Source: the human T2T-CHM13v2.0 reference genome, Homo sapiens
DNA length: 64,000 nt
Assembly: GCF_009914755.1 (NCBI RefSeq)
Contig: NC_060931.1
Strand: one strand, 5' to 3'
Made by a program: the position numbers and the translations under genes. Every line of letters starts with the position of its first letter. Position 1 is the first letter of the stretch. This document shows, one piece after another, positions 1 to 17,648 of the stretch. The notes below the pieces were generated by a model. That model saw nothing but the letters and a program-made list of their open reading frames with translations, had not been told where the DNA came from and searched no databases.

Positions 1-84
1 GGTGCGGCTTACTATAACAAGATATTTATAAACAATGAAAGCCTTTGTGTCCTTAAATCTTTCTAGATAAACAGCTATATTTTT

Positions 85-1805
<1,721 letters not shown>

Positions 1806-2572
1806 ATTACTTTTTCTTGATAATGTTGCCTTTGTTTTGTAATTGCTAACTTCTTGATGGGTTATTCCAATGTAAAAGAGTATGATTTATAACTCTTGAA
1901 AGTGTTAAGATGGCAAATATTCTCTAAAGCAGCAGGAAACATAAGACTTTCCTTACCATGTGCTAGGGGAAACTATCTTAGTGGGGAAAAAAAGGGAATA
2001 GTGAATTAGAGCACACTAATTAATCATGCCTTTGCACAGAGAGATTGTTATATTATATTCCTTAGAGCCTTAGACTGTTTCATTGCAAAGCTGCATAAGT
2101 TTCTTTTTACAAGACTAGCCTATAGCACTACAAGTCTGTTTCCTGAGATATTGCTTTTGATGATAGCTAGCACAGCCTTGTCAGAATGGGTATCTTTGGA
2201 TACCAGCGAGAATGATGGAGATTTAATTTAGTGTAATCATTCTGTTCTCTAGCAGGTATAAATTGAATGCAGTAATATCTGGCATCCTCAGGGCTCATTT
2301 CTATAAATTGGCCTGAGAAATACTGTACTAGGAAAAAAATGAAAAATACATATTAATACCTAGTGAGCTAAAAATACATCAGCCAGTTTTAACTGTTAAC
2401 AAAAAACCCTAGGTATCCCAGAAGCTACTGAAATTTTGCAAGGCAAAGTGGACGTTAAAAAGATATTGGAGTAGAATAAATTAGATGAAAAAGGCATGCT
2501 AAAGACTTCAGAACTGTTACCTCTCCTAATACAGTGCTATAGTAGGTTGACAATTTTCTATAGTTCGATACT

Positions 2573-2940
2573 TGTAGTTAAAGTACAAACTAAGCTGCTA
2601 TAATAGAGACCTAAAATGGAGGCGCTTAAATAGAATAGACGTTTGGTTCATTTTTATATAACCTTTTTGTTCCATGAAGCTACCCAGGGACAGATGGAAT
2701 GTTCACCTTTGTCATCCTCAACATGTGGCTTCCATCTCTAAAAGGTGGCAACTCCAGTTGTCCTCATACACCAGTGAATAAGAGGGAAAGAAAGGAAAGG
2801 AAGTGGAGATCCATTAAGCACCATGGAAATGTACATATTTCTGCTGCTCACGTTCCCTTGAGAATTTGGTTACAATGCCACAGATAAACTCAAGTGAGGC
2901 CAAGGAAATGTAGTCTAGCTGGGTAGCTTGTGTCTGCTCA
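2573..2940. mobile_element. Old MaLR LTR remnant (MLT1J/K-like)
   Basis: atcctcaacatgtggcttcc, tctgctgctcacgttccc and ggaaatgtagtctagctggg motifs typical of old MLT1 LTRs. Confidence 0.45.
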
Positions 2941-4829
2941 GACATGACTATGGGAGTGGGAGTGATTCGTGAACAAGAGGAGGAAGAAAAATGGTATGGG
3001 GGTTCCCTTGTTCGTGTCTGTTACAGTGTTAGTACAGGATTTAAGATTTAAGAAAAATGTATACACACACTCATACATATATATAATTTGAGGGCTTGTT
3101 TCTATCTATTATAAGTAAAAGGATGTAAGTTACTAATCTTTAGAGATAATTTAACTCTTTAAGGAAAGTAGAAAATAATGATATAGAGCTCGAGGTGGTG
3201 TTAAAAAAACAAACAAACAAACAAAAAACAGAAAGAAACAGACAAATTACTCCCTTTTCCTCCTGATTTCTGTTTTCCATATTTACTCCTCCCTGTGGCA
3301 CAATGCAGAAACAAAACTAGGTCAGTAAAAATGTTTCCATGGTATCTGAATTTTCTCTATTAAAACTAAAATACACCTTTTGATGATCAGGATATCACCT
3401 ACTTTAAGTAAAACAGTGTCAGATTTAAATTTGCTGACATATTGGCAGAGGGAACATATAATAATTAACTATTTTATATATATTTATATATAATATGTAT
3501 ATTAAATCCATTTTGTTGGATCAACTAAGTATCTCCACCTATGATCTATGTATGTTTTAAGATAATCAATTTTCCTCAGGCTGTACATATCTGAGTCACA
3601 AAAGAGTATTTCTCTGGCTCATCTTCTGCCTACTTTGTTTGTTTGTTTGTTTCTTGTTTTTGTTTTTGCATCACCTATGTACCTCAATTTTTTTTCCAGA
3701 TGATTCTAGGAGTTTCTGAAGCATTACCAGTACATCAACACCTTTATTTCATGGAAACTTTTAAAGTTTTTACTCTCATAAGGGATAGTTTCTGTCCTTT
3801 TAGACCTAGTCTATACGTGGCACCAACTACTTTCTTCCCTTTAAGCTAAGATTTTTAGTGGCAAGTACATCTTTTATAGACAAACATTAAGGAGAGACAG
3901 ACTGTAAGACCCTAGAGGCTCATTTTCTCTCCTTTTCTAACAGCTTAACAAAGAGCTGGCTCAGCAGGTCAGAGTTAGCTTAACTGATAAACAGGCTGAT
4001 AATAACAGCTACTAACCTCCAAAGACTTTTTCTAACAAGGCTATTTTTGCATCAGAAAGCTTCTGTTGAAATGTGCTGGTCTAGACATGTCCTGCTCCTA
4101 TAATTAAGTAGTGCATTACTGGGGTAGGTCTCTCAAGGAGCCTTTTTCATGATGTTTCCTTTCAATTATGCCTGTCCTAAGTACAGCTCAATATGGGACC
4201 TCAATGGCTCAGGGGATCAAGTATGCTCTACTAGTTTGCTGTTTGTAAGGTTTTCCCCAGTAAGACCCTTTTTGATATTTGTACAAATTGGCATTATTGA
4301 GATGTGTTTTTAAGACCCTTTATGTGATCATCATCAAAATAGGCACTGTACCACCAATGCCCATTAAAGACACCATCAATTTTCCAAGGCACTGCAATCT
4401 ACTGGAGAAGATCCTAAAAGCACATCTTACTGTGGCTGATGCTCTTTCATCACAAAGAATGTTATTCATGTCCCAGGAAACCTGCTGCTGCTAATGCCTT
4501 CTACATGGAGTGTCCACTGAAATTGTGGAGGGAATGCACATTAAGTTTTTAGTCATTCCGGTTTTTTAAGAGCCTTTTACCCAAAAACACTAGGTGTGTT
4601 TCTAGGGGATTACCAGAGGATAATCTGATGTATAAGCCATGTGGTGCTCAAAAATTCATCCCCACTTTTTGGATGAGTTCTTTAACTGAAGTTGTGTATC
4701 TCTTTTTAGCCTAGATTGACTTTCCAGAAAGCATCACAGATCCCTGTGAGGCTGTCCCACCAGACTTGCAGGCTTGGCTTTCCCTAAATCCTAGGGTCCA
4801 TAGAGCTTCCACCTTAGGCTTAATTTCTG

Positions 4830-5640
<811 letters not shown>

Positions 5641-6242
5641 ATGGAGTTAATCTATTCAAGGCAGGGTCAGGAAATTGAGTAGATTTTAAGGGAGAGGAGA
5701 AATGACATTTTCCTGAGAAGTTGTTCTGAAATGACCTTGTCCAGAAAGATGTGAATTCAAATGTGTGGGGAGAAAAATAAGGAACTGAGGAAAATCTTTC
5801 AGAAAATATTCCTTAAACCAGATAAGTTAGCACATTCAATTCTAATTTGTTACTATGATTGCTAACCAGTATAGATTTTCTCAAGAAATCTTCACACCTC
5901 TAGTCAAGTAGTTTGAGTGTTTTATGTCTGGCCTCTGTGGGAGAGAGAAATATAAAATAAAAGTGTTACATTTTTTATTATTAAAGAATTTTAAAAAGTA
6001 TGAAAGGTGAGATATGGTCCTAAGATTGGAGATAGCTTTGTAAGTGCAAGCCCAATACTGCAGAAGTGTCTCCAAAAACAAATGACATAAAGCAGGAACA
6101 CTTTAGTAATGGAGCTACTTGCATCTTCTAATTTTCTCTCACTTCTCTTTCAGCCCTGGGAATATTCTTTGTTTTCAGGGAGTTTGCTTGGAGAGTCTGG
6201 TGGACAGAATACTTGCCCTCCACAGAAAAATCATTGTCTTTT

Positions 6243-6696
6243 TACTGGATTAAGAAAATGTGGTACATACACACCATGGAATACTATGCAGCCATAAAAA
6301 CTGATGAGTTCATGTCCTTTGTAGCGACATGGACGAAGCTGGAAACCATCATTCTCAGCAAACTATTGCAAGGACAAAAAACCAAACACCACATATTCTC
6401 ACTCATAGGTGGGAATTGAACAATGAGAACACTTGGACATAGGAAGGGGAACATCACACACTGGGGCCTGTTGTGGGGTGGGGTGAGGGGGGAGGGATAG
6501 CATTAGGAGATATACCTAATGTAAATGATGAGTTAATGGGTGCAGCACACCAACATGGCATATATATACATATGTAACAAACCTGCACATTGTGCACATG
6601 CCCTAGAACTTAAAGTATAATATATATATATTTAAGTATATATATAAGTATATAAAGTATAATATAAATATATATATATTTATATATACATTTAAA
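6243..6696 (+). mobile_element. 5'-truncated L1PA (L1PA3-5-like) 3' end with 19-bp TSD
   Basis: ORF2 C-terminus KMWYIHTMEYYAAIK...HIFSLIGGN, G-rich 3'UTR, (TA)n tail; agaaaaatcattgtctttt at 6224-6242 and 6697-6715. Confidence 0.93.
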
Positions 6697-7828
6697 AGAA
6701 AAATCATTGTCTTTTAGCTGTCAGTAGGATTTCTCTTCAACTGACCAAGAGCTCTAAGGTGAAAGATGGAGGAATGGGAGGTCAGCCAAACCAACTCCAT
6801 TGAAATGAAAAATGACAGATCTGTTGGTCAGACTGATGTCAGATGACTTTTCTTAGGGCCGTGAGTGTAGGAAGAAAAAGGACTTGGTAGTGTTATTTCT
6901 CACCTTTCTTTGGTTGCAGGCTAATGGAGTAAAAATTCTAAGAGTGAAGATAACTTTCTCTTCCTCAATAGCCAAAATGAAGGCTAGAGGTAGATCCATA
7001 GTAGAGGATGTGTTTTGATTATACATAGACAATTTCCCCTCCTGTCCCAGGTCTCATTACATATACTGTTCTCAACTTTTCTCATTCAGTCATTCATTCA
7101 AGAACTGGGAAAAGTCATTTATGATAATGATGCCTAGACTTTTCTCCTCTACTCTAGGCAAACATGAGCCACCAGCTAGACATTTCCCTTTGAATGGGCC
7201 TTGTACGTGCATTTGAGGCTCCAGATGTGCAAACTGACCTATTCATTTCCCATCCAATCCCTATTCTAAGCACATTTCCTTCCTGTAGGCCCTTTATTGG
7301 GGAAACTTTTCTAATTAAAAAATCTGTTATTCATTCTGCTTAGCCCCTCTTGTTCTACCTCCTAAGTATCCTTTCTACTGTTCTTGATTTCTGGTCTCCA
7401 ATTGCCAATGCTGCACTTTAGGGTATCACTTTCTCGTTTTCTGTGTAAACATATTTAGTTAAGCAACAAAATTATTTTATTTATTAACACTGTGTGCTTT
7501 TGTTTGGGGCATTCTGGGGACAAAGGGGATCAGAGCTGGAGGGAGGGGATTGATCGGGAGGGTCACAGGGATACTGAACTTGAGAGTGGGGTGGAATTGA
7601 CTCTGGAAGAAGATCAGCCATCAGCAATCAAGGCCAGGAACTAGGTTTCTCACTTCCAATTATGTTTTTTGTCCGTAGTATAGTATACCTGTCATATGAT
7701 GAGTGGTCAGTAAATGTTTCTTGATTGAGTTAATAAATCAATGAATAAAGGGTAAAAAATTAGGAATGTCATTTTACTATAGGAGATCTTATAGTAAAAC
7801 TAAATTCCAATATTTCAGGTTTGGTTAG

Positions 7829-8565
7829 TGTTCCAGTTTTCAATTAATTGCCTCTGAGCTTCAAATCCAGTATTCTTTGCCCTGCTTGGAGATACTGAAA
7901 CTGAACTTTGTACATCGTTCTTGCCAGCAAGCACACTATTACTATCGTAAATAGAGGCCACTGGAGGTACACTGTAGGAGGAAGGGGCTTCTTGTCCTGG
8001 TATGGAGTGCTTTTTCTTTCTGGATTATTCCACATGTGACTGTAAGTGGCATTCATCCCCCGGGCGAGTCTTGTCAGCACCCCATGTGCTGGCTTCCCAG
8101 AGAGCTTCATGTGCATCCCAGAGGGTGACTTCTTTGCAAGTCTTACCAGCACCTCAGTGAGTGGCTTCCCAGTGAGTATTCAGTCTTCTCTGGCACTCCA
8201 CCTGGCTTCCTAATGGGTCTTACTAATGTCCTAGTGGACAGCTTCTTGGTGAATCTTGCCAGTACCCCAGTTGCCAGCTCCATTCTGGGGTACCCCAGCA
8301 AACTTCTCTGTCATGCAGTAGACACATCTACACCCTCTCCAATGAGGCCTAAATCTCAGTCACAGGGAAGGCCCTCTTCCCAGTTTGATTCTTCTTTGGG
8401 TGCTCTGCCTCCCCCCTAGAGTGGTGGCTGCTCTCTACATCTGCTGTTTCTGTAAATTTTAGAGTTCTCTTTACCCCTCTGAGGAGTTAATATTCTGTTA
8501 TTAGTTCATTTTTTTAATATTGAAATTTTCCTGTTCACATTACTAATATGATGTCTCTTTCCTGT
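7829..8565 (+). mobile_element. ERVL LTR (LTR41/LTR33-like)
   Basis: Starts tgttccagttttcaattaattgcctctgagcttcaaatcc, contains aatagaggccactggagg and repeated cttgccagcacc..ggcttccca units. Confidence 0.6.
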
Positions 8566-9334
8566 TATAGCTAGAGAGGGAGAATCTCCCATTGAGGAAG
8601 GTTACCTGTACCCCATAGTCTTCGGTGAAATGTATCTTTTATGTGGATTTTCTTCCTATCACTGCGGTTGCCATCATACCAGCTTCAAGGAAACAGAGCT
8701 CCATCAGTGAAGACTAAGTTCAGATTTTGCTGATGGGAGGGACAAGTCTTTCATATGGTTTGGCTCATTCTTCACTGATTGCAGAAGAGAGGATATATAA
8801 TCTCTAAGTAGTTGGAGCCTCACTCCCCTAAAACTGGGATGGAGCTAAAATAGAGAGGCATCATCTTCTTTCCAATAAAGTCACTCTCTTCATGCATAGA
8901 CTACTTAAACACCTAGAAAAGGAGTATGTCATTATAGAAACAAAATAGCATTAGCAATTTAAGAAGATAGAAAACAGTCACACTACTGCAGATCTTGCTG
9001 CAGGGGTTAAGTATAATTTAGTTGATAACAACCATTTTATGCATTTAATTTAGAAAGTGCTTACAGGAGACCAACTTTTAAGACTAAAATAATAGAAATG
9101 GACCTTGCTATGCACTCTGAATCATCTGAAGTAATAATTAGGTCATGCTAATGAGAAAAACTCAGGATGGTACCAAAGCAATCAATAGTACGATGTACGC
9201 TGAATTACTTTATTAATCATCTAACGAATTTGTTTCCCATGCAGACAAAGTTTAGAAAGGCTCTATTTTGTGTTATATTTTCCTGATGGCTTCTAAATTA
9301 AGCTTTATAGTGTGTCACAGCTGTCCGCATCCTC

Positions 9335-9870
9335 ACCATTATCATTATCAGCAAACATTTAGTGCACACCCGCTGTGTACACAGCACTGTCAGATTCATT
9401 AAGAGGAAAGAGCAATAATTTTCTGCCCTTGAGACAGTAGAGGGGTAATTATTTACTCTGAGTACTTTAGTTCATTTACCAGTGAATGGTTAGAGGTCTT
9501 AAAATTCAATGTTTTGACATTTTTGTACAATTTCATCATCATTAGAGCAATAACAACATTTCTGGATTTGGTCTTCTTTGTTCTAGATTATTAAATAAAA
9601 CAATAATACATTGCACAAAAGTTAAAAAAACATATTGGTTACAGAGTAAAAATTGAAAGTTTCCCTTTAAAATACAGATTAATGTTTGTTTAGTCCTTGC
9701 TAATTGATATAATGCTGATTATGTGGCCAAGTCTGTTCTAAGCAATACTCAAATGCATGTGATACTTTGTAGAGGAGGAAACTAGAAAGGACACACAATT
9801 AAGTGTCAGAGCCAGGATCCAAACTTAGGAGGTCTGGCACCAAAGGGCATACCCTCCACCCCTATGCTAT
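9335..9870. mobile_element. L2/MIR fragments
   Basis: agcaaacatttagtgcacacccgctgtgtacacagcactgt; aagtgtcagagccaggatccaaacttagg. Confidence 0.45.
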
Positions 9871-10054
9871 ATGGCTTCTCTAAGACCTCAATCATTCCAT
9901 ATAATACTCCTAGAGGTTATTACTATCAACAAGGGATGTACATTCTTCTCTGCCCCAATCCGTGCATTGAATTTTGTATGTACATACATATATATCTTTT
10001 AAATATATAAATGGGTAAAATATTTAATTTTTTTCATTAAAAAATGTCTTGATG

Positions 10055-10437
10055 CACATCGAGTGCCACATAATGATGTTTCAATTAACAATGGTCTACA
10101 TATACAATGGTAGTCACATAAGATTATAGTGGAGCTGCCCCATACAGGTATACCATTTTTATCTTTTATATCATATTTTTACTGTGCCTTTTATATTTAT
10201 ATATGTTTAGATACACAAATACTTACCATTGTGTTATAATTGCCTACAATATTCAGTACAGTGACATGCTGTATGAGTTTGCAGCCTAGGAGCAATATGC
10301 CATACCATATAGCCTACAGTGTATAGTAGGCTATACCATCTATTTGTGTAAGTACATGCTATGATGTCTGCACAATGACAAAAATCAACTAAGCACACAT
10401 TTCTCAGAATACACCCCTGTCAAGTGACATATGACTG
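10055..10437 (+). mobile_element. Tigger3a (MER7A) DNA transposon
   Basis: gccacataatgatgtttc...cataagattatagtggagctg...ttgcagcctaggagcaata...gacatatgactg end. Confidence 0.85.
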
Positions 10438-13191
10438 CATTGCTAAATATGTGTTCAAGCCATGGGTGTGTGAATATGTATATATTTTTAATATTCTATA
10501 ATTGAGATGTATTATTTGGACATTCTAAAATTAGTGGACATTTTAGATATTTCCAATTTTTTGCCATCATATATAATAGTGCATTGAACATCCTTTTGCA
10601 CATATGTTTGTGCTTATGTAGAATTCTGGGGAAAGATTCCTAGTAGTGAACTTGTTAGGTCAAAACTTTTGTATGGCAATGTTTTTAATTCTTATTTCCA
10701 CCACCTAAAATACCATATTTTGCTGATATACAATACAGATATGACACCATCAACATATGTGTTGGCCAATATTTCAGATATCAGATATCTAAGCTTCTTT
10801 TTACTAAATTATATTTGTGTCAGATTACAAATGAGAACAATGACTAATTTTTTCTTTGTTTAGTGCACATATTAGTGTATTGCAAAATCACCTTCTTAAT
10901 AAAGTTTGTTTGATACCTTTAATGACATTTTACATAAAGCGAAGATCCTACCTGTCCTTAATTAATTTTCAGTCTATTTAACAAGATCCCCACTGATAAC
11001 AGAATCTCAGTGAATTTGTTGTAAGAATTCAGGGAGTCACCTTGGACTTCCTGATAAGTGGTAAATCTAAACTTACCACCTCTTGGCCAAAAATTTATTG
11101 GTTTTGTGACATATACTTGTGGCTGCTGTATATGAGGCAGTTTGGTTTTAGGTTAAACAAATAATTTGGAATTCATACAAAGCTTTTACTTTTTAGCACA
11201 AATGTTTCATAGGAAAGACTGATGACAAATTGTGAAGGTATTATGGGTCTTCACCAGTGAAAGTATTTCTGTGGAATTTTTGAGTCTGCTGCATTCATTC
11301 CTTCTCCCATTCTCTTCTCCATGTTTCTGATATTTATATAGTCAGAAACCAACTATATGAATATCTAGTACTAATCATGCTTTAATATCAAATCTTTATC
11401 AGAATTGCTGGGGGTCATCAAATTTGGTAGGGAACATCAAAGCCTTGGTGCTCTTTTCTTATGCAGCTTGTTGCATTATTAATATGTGTCACCTGAAATT
11501 TTCTAACATACATATAACCTTTTGGAAACAAATTTAAATCCCTATTATAGCTAACATCATGCTTCAAGTTTCTAAAATTCAATAATTCCTTTGAAGTAGT
11601 TAAGAATGATAAAGAAAGAAAATTAATAGACTTTTTCTCTTATTAGAAAGAATAGGCTGTGTCAAGAAGGAAGCAAATGACAAATGAACAGCATGGGTAT
11701 TGCAAAAGTTCTTTTTGGTTCTTTAATTATTTTTGTCATACACTTAGTTTAAAGGTCAATCTGGTAGTTTTATAAGAAAAAAATCCCAGAACCACCCCCA
11801 CCCAAACACACGTATTTCTTCTTTTCAGAAGCAATCCTTTCATCAATTTTCATATTTATTTTGAAATTAACCCCTATGTCCCTGAATCATATGCTTGATA
11901 CGTCCTTTCATGATGTTCCTGTCTTAGGCTGTGCTTACTGACCAGAATAAAATTTTCTCTTTGGAAAAGAAAAATTTTAACTCTATTTTCTTTACTGTTA
12001 CCTCTGAATGGTAACTTTTTTACTTTCATCCTCCAACATAATTTTATTTTATTTATATACATTTCATATTAATTTTGTATAAATATTTTGTGTTTATATA
12101 ACTGTGCAAATACAATTTATGATATATGGATGTATTACCCCTGCTAATTTTTTTCCTACACACAGCTTTTATTTCTTGGTACTTATTGTTTTGTTGTTGG
12201 CCTCGTTGCTGCTGCCAATTATTTGGTGTACTATGTACTTTCTATGTACTTCTCAATAATTCAATCTCAATCTCATTGGCATATGTCTTGCTCATCTCCA
12301 TACATTCGAATGCATCAGGTATGCTGTCAGTTTTATCTTTCCAAAGATATCTTTTCTCATATTGGAAGTCCAAAAATCCTGTATTTGAGAATAAAAGTCA
12401 GTTATTTTATTTGCTTATTTATTTTGCTGGAGGTGATGGATGTATAGACTTACTTATTATCAAATAGAGTTTCAACCGTTCTCCACTTTCAGAGGATGGT
12501 ACCATCAATTTCTGAAAGTTTGGAAGATATGAATATAGAATTTATTTGGGGTAGGTGGGTGGGGGGGGTCTTTTAAATTCACTTATTTATTTTCTTTTGG
12601 TCCAAACTTTTGTTGCTATTCTCTTTTCTACAATCCTTCACATCTTTTTTTGAGTTTGTATATTTTAAAATTCCCTTTATTAGTGTTTTAATGGGTTTGG
12701 GGGGGGAATAAAATAAAATCATTATTTTTATTCAACAGCCCCTGAGATAGTTTCTTGTAATGAAAGAATTGACACCAACCTCAGTGGTTTGGGCTCAGCT
12801 ATTATTTTTATTTAGCTATTTTCAGATTATAGAACCTGAGAATGTGAGGATATAGAATAGCTACTGCTCTAAACAGCATCCAGTCAGGCTATATTTGTGA
12901 TGATCCTTTTCTTGCCTTCTTATCTGTTCCTAAAAACAGTATGAAAAAAAAATGAAGTTTGTAGCACTGAGTAATAGCAACAGAAGAAACAAGGGAAACA
13001 TATTATGTCATCTGTGAACACTTCCAACATTTTATTTATATCACATCATAGTTCTAATCACATTGTAGAGAAAATTATCTCTTACCATATTTGCTTTCAG
13101 TTGAATGAGAGCTTCTCCAAGGACTTTCGCTTCCAATTTTCCATCTCTTGAACCTTGCACACTACTTGGCAGGAGGTTAGAGCACATTGAA

Positions 13192-13612
13192 CGTGTCAGG
13201 CCTTCTTGCCTTGCTATAAAGAAGTAACCAGAACAGAGTAACTTATAAAGAAAAGAGGTTTAATTGGCTCATGGTTCTGCAGGTTGTACAGGAAGTGTGC
13301 TAGCATCTGCTTCTGGCTAGAGCCTCAGGGAACTTACAGTCATAGCAGAAGGTGAAGATGAACCAACACATCACATAGGGAAAGCAGGAAGAAGAGAACA
13401 AGTCAGGGGGTGCCACGCACTTTTAAACAACCAGATCTCATATGAACTCAGAGTAAGAACTATCTTACTATTTCTATCACAAGGACAGCATCAAGCTATT
13501 CATGAGGGATCCACCACTATGACAAAACCACCTCCCACCAGGCTCCACCGCCAACACTGGGGATTGCATTGCAACATGAGATTTGGAGGGGACAAACATC
13601 CAAACTGTATCA
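13192..13612 (-). mobile_element. MSTA/MSTB solo LTR (MaLR)
   Basis: aaagaaaagaggtttaattggctcatggttctgcagg...caacatgagatttggaggggacaaacatccaaactgtatca. Confidence 0.88.
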
Positions 13613-14589
13613 CTGCATAATACTGAAGGAAAAAGATTGAATGGCTATCATTCCTACAAATATCACTTTCAGGGCTGTACCACTGTCATTTTTTAAGCAG
13701 CTGCTCGGTGCCCACTGATTTCGGCAGTGTCAACATATGCTGAAGTGCATTCACTTCATTTTAGCCGATTCATTCACTTCAAACTATTTAAAAACTGATG
13801 CAACTCACTGCATGGCTGGTTCAGATGTAACAATCATGTTTTGTTCTATGAATAATAAATGAATAGATGACATGATTCAATTAAGAATCTAGGATGAAAT
13901 ATTTTTGAGGAAGCAGTGAATGGAAGAAAATTATCCAAATATGACTGAACACCTGCTCAGTTTATAATTTTTCTTTCAAAGAAAGGAGTGGTTATTAGAA
14001 AAGCAAAGCTATAGAAGAGACAATAGAGAGAAAAAAGGGTAAAATGATTCAAAACAAAAAAAAAACAAAATTTCTGAGTGGTAATGTACTTTTAAAAAAA
14101 AAAATGGAAGGACAGAATTAGTGCTGCCAAAATGTACAAACTCTTTCTCCCCATTTTTTCTCCTTGTGTGTTCACAGAGGCTTTAAAAGTGAACAATATC
14201 TAAAACTTGGAATTACACCACAGTTTAATCTTGAGAAAAAATCATGAGGAAGGACATTTCTCCAGGTAGCTAAAATAAATGCTGGTGTTTGAGCTGGGAG
14301 CATTGATTACTCAGGGATTCAGCAAATGTATCTTAGACATATAGTGGATTCTTGGATAGGGGATACCACTGTGGATTCAATATTAACCATTACTTTTGTT
14401 TTCAAGAAGTTTGGCATTTTCTAATATGAGAAAAACAGACAGTGAGTATGCAAATATGCAGATAGATATAATAAATTTAAGTATGTATTAAGGGGAAAGG
14501 TGACTTAAAATTTTTCTGTCTCTTCTGCAGAGAAGAGCTCCTTGGGAAATTGTAGAGAGAGAACTTGGCAACATGTTTTTCTATTTCTT

Positions 14590-16095
14590 CTTGTTTTACT
14601 TTTAACAGCTTTATTGAGATATGCTTACATACAAAATAATTCCCCTATTATAAATGTACAATTTGATTATTTTAGAAAGTTACATACTTGTGCAACCTTC
14701 ACCACAATCAAGTTTTGGAACACTTCTCTCACAACTTAAAAAAATCCCTTGTCCTTGTTTATAATCAATTGCAACTTCCATTCCCGGGAAGACACTGATA
14801 GGTTTTCTTTTTATATAAATTTGACTTTTCTGGAAATTTTACAGAAATAGAACAATACAATATGTAAACTTGCGTATTCACCTTCTCTCACTTAACATAA
14901 TTTTCGAGGTTCATTCATGTGGTTGTATAATCGGGTTATTCCTTTTCACTGGTATTATTCCATTTCATGGTTATACTGCATTGTATTTATCCATTCAAAA
15001 ATTAATAAATATTTGGATTTGTTCTGGTTTTGGCTATTGTGAATAATACAGTTATGAACATCTGTGCACATATCTTTGTATGGACATATATTTTTATTGC
15101 TCTTCTGCAAATACCTTGTAATGGAATTGCTTATTTGTAACTATCAAATAGTTTTTCAAAGGAACTGTACCATTTTACATTACCATAAAAAATGTTTGGT
15201 AGTTCTAGTTTTTTTCACATCTGTATTAAGTTCCTACTACTATTGTAACAAACTACCACAAGTTTAGTGGCATAAAAAATACAAATATATTATCTTAGAA
15301 TTCTGAGTGTCAGCAGTTAAAATGGGTCTTTGGGGGCTAATCAAGGTGCTGGCAAAGCTGTCTTCTTTCCAGAAGCTCCAGTGGAAAAAATGATTTTGCC
15401 TTTGCCAGCTTCTAGCAGCTGCCAGCATTCCTTGACTCCTGACTGTACATCAGTCCAGCTTTTGCTTCCGTCATTCCATCTTCTTCTCTTACTGACTCTC
15501 CTGACTCCTTCCTATAAGGAACTTTGTGATTATATTGGGCCCAGCTAAAAAACCCAAGATAATTTTCCCATATTAAGATATTTAACTTTTTATCACACCT
15601 ACAAAGTTCCTTTTGCCTTGTGAGATAACATGTAAGTCTCTAGGGATTACACATGGACATCTTGGAAGGTGATTCATTATTCTGCTGACCAAAACATCCT
15701 TGCCAATATTTGGTTTTGTCATTCTCTTTTATTATATCCATTTTCTGATTTCACTGTGGTTTTAATTTTTATTTCCCAAATGATTAATGATGTTAAACAT
15801 ATTTGTATGTGCTTATTAGCCATTTGTGTATTTTCCTTGATAAAATATTTATTAAAATATCTTGCCAAGTTTGGTTGGCTTCTTTGTCTTGTTGTTAAGT
15901 AGTAAGAGTTCCTTACATATTTTAGCCACAAATCTTTTATTAAATGTGTGATTTACAAATATTTCCTTATACTTTCTTACTTGCCTTTTAATTTTATTAT
16001 TGGGTCTTTAGAATAGCAAATGTTTTAATTCTGTTAAAATTTGATTAAATTTGTCTTCTATGGGGCATGTTTTATATGTCTTATCTAAAAAGGTC
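14590..16095 (-). mobile_element. Old L1M (L1MB/ME-like) 3' portion; resumes at about 23020
   Basis: tttaacagctttattgagatat..., antisense ORF2 remnant ENTQMANKHIQICLTSLIIWEIKIKTT. Confidence 0.75.
15222..15693 (-). mobile_element. MLT1C/D solo LTR
   Basis: tgtattaagttcc...aacaaactaccacaagtttagtggc...; 5-bp TSD acatc at 15217-15221 and 15694-15698. Confidence 0.85.
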
Positions 16096-17283
16096 TTTAT
16101 TTTGTTTTATTTTATTTTATTTTAGGTTCAGGGGTAAATATGCAGGTTTGTAGCGTATGTAAATTGCACGTCACCAGGGTTTGATGTACAGATGGTAATA
16201 AGCATAGTACCCAACAGGTAGTTTTGGATCCTCACCCTCCTCCCACCCTCCACCCTAAAGAAGGCCACATGTCAATGTTTCTTCCCACTTATATGTGAGA
16301 ACATGTGGTATTTGATTTTCTATTGCTGTGTTTGTACACTTAGGAAATGGCCTCCAGCTCCATCCATGTTGCTGCAAAAGACCTGATGTCATTCTTTTTT
16401 ATGGTTGTGTAGTATTCCATGGTGTATATGTACCACATTTTCTTTATCCAGTCTACCATTGATGGGCATTTACGTTGATTCCATGTCTTTGCTATTGTGA
16501 ATAGTGCTGTGATGAACATAAATGTGCATGTGTCTTTATGGTAGAATGATTTATATTCCTTTGTGTGTATATCTAATAATGGAATTGCTGGGATGAATGG
16601 TAATTCTGCTTTGAGTTATTTGAGAAATTACCAAACTGTTTTCCACAGTGGTTGAACTAATTTACATTCCCATCAACACTGTATAAGCATTCCCTTTTCT
16701 CTGTAACCTCGCCAGCATCTGCTATTTTTTGACATTTTAATAATAGCCATTCTGACTGATGTGAGATGGTACCTCATTGTGGTTTTGATTTTCATTTCTC
16801 TAATGATTAAGGATGTTCAGAATGTTTTCATATGCTTGTTGGCTGTGTGTATGTCTTCTTTTGAGAAGTGTCTTAATGTCTTAATGTACTTTGCGCAATT
16901 TTAATGGGGTGGTTTGTTTTTGCTTGTATACTTGTTTAAGTTTCTTATAGATGCTGGAAATTAGACCTTTGTCAGATGCATAGTTTGTAAATATTTTCTC
17001 CCATTCTGTAGAGTGTGTGTTTACTCTGTTGATAACACAGAGTTTTGCTGTGCAGAAGCTCTTTAGTTTATTTGGGTAAATTTTTATTTTTGTTGCAATT
17101 GCTTTTGGCATCTTCATCATGAAATCTTTGCCAGGACTATGTCATAATGGTATTTCCTAGGTTATCTTCCAGAGTTTTTACAGTTTTAGGTTTTACATTT
17201 AAGTCTTTAATCCATCTTGTGTTGATTTTTGTAGATGGTGTAAGGAAGGGATTCAGTTTCAATCTTCTGCCTATGGGTGGCTA

Positions 17284-17648
<365 letters not shown>

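Noticed and set aside
7772-7799. Short hairpin ttttactata...tatagtaaaa
   Set aside because: Only 10-bp AT-rich arms; within chance expectation
8606-8844. Minus-strand exon-like segment (cctctctattttag...gtacag|gtaacc)
   Set aside because: 239 nt, not frame-preserving, the frame I translated stops after 46 codons, no recognisable product
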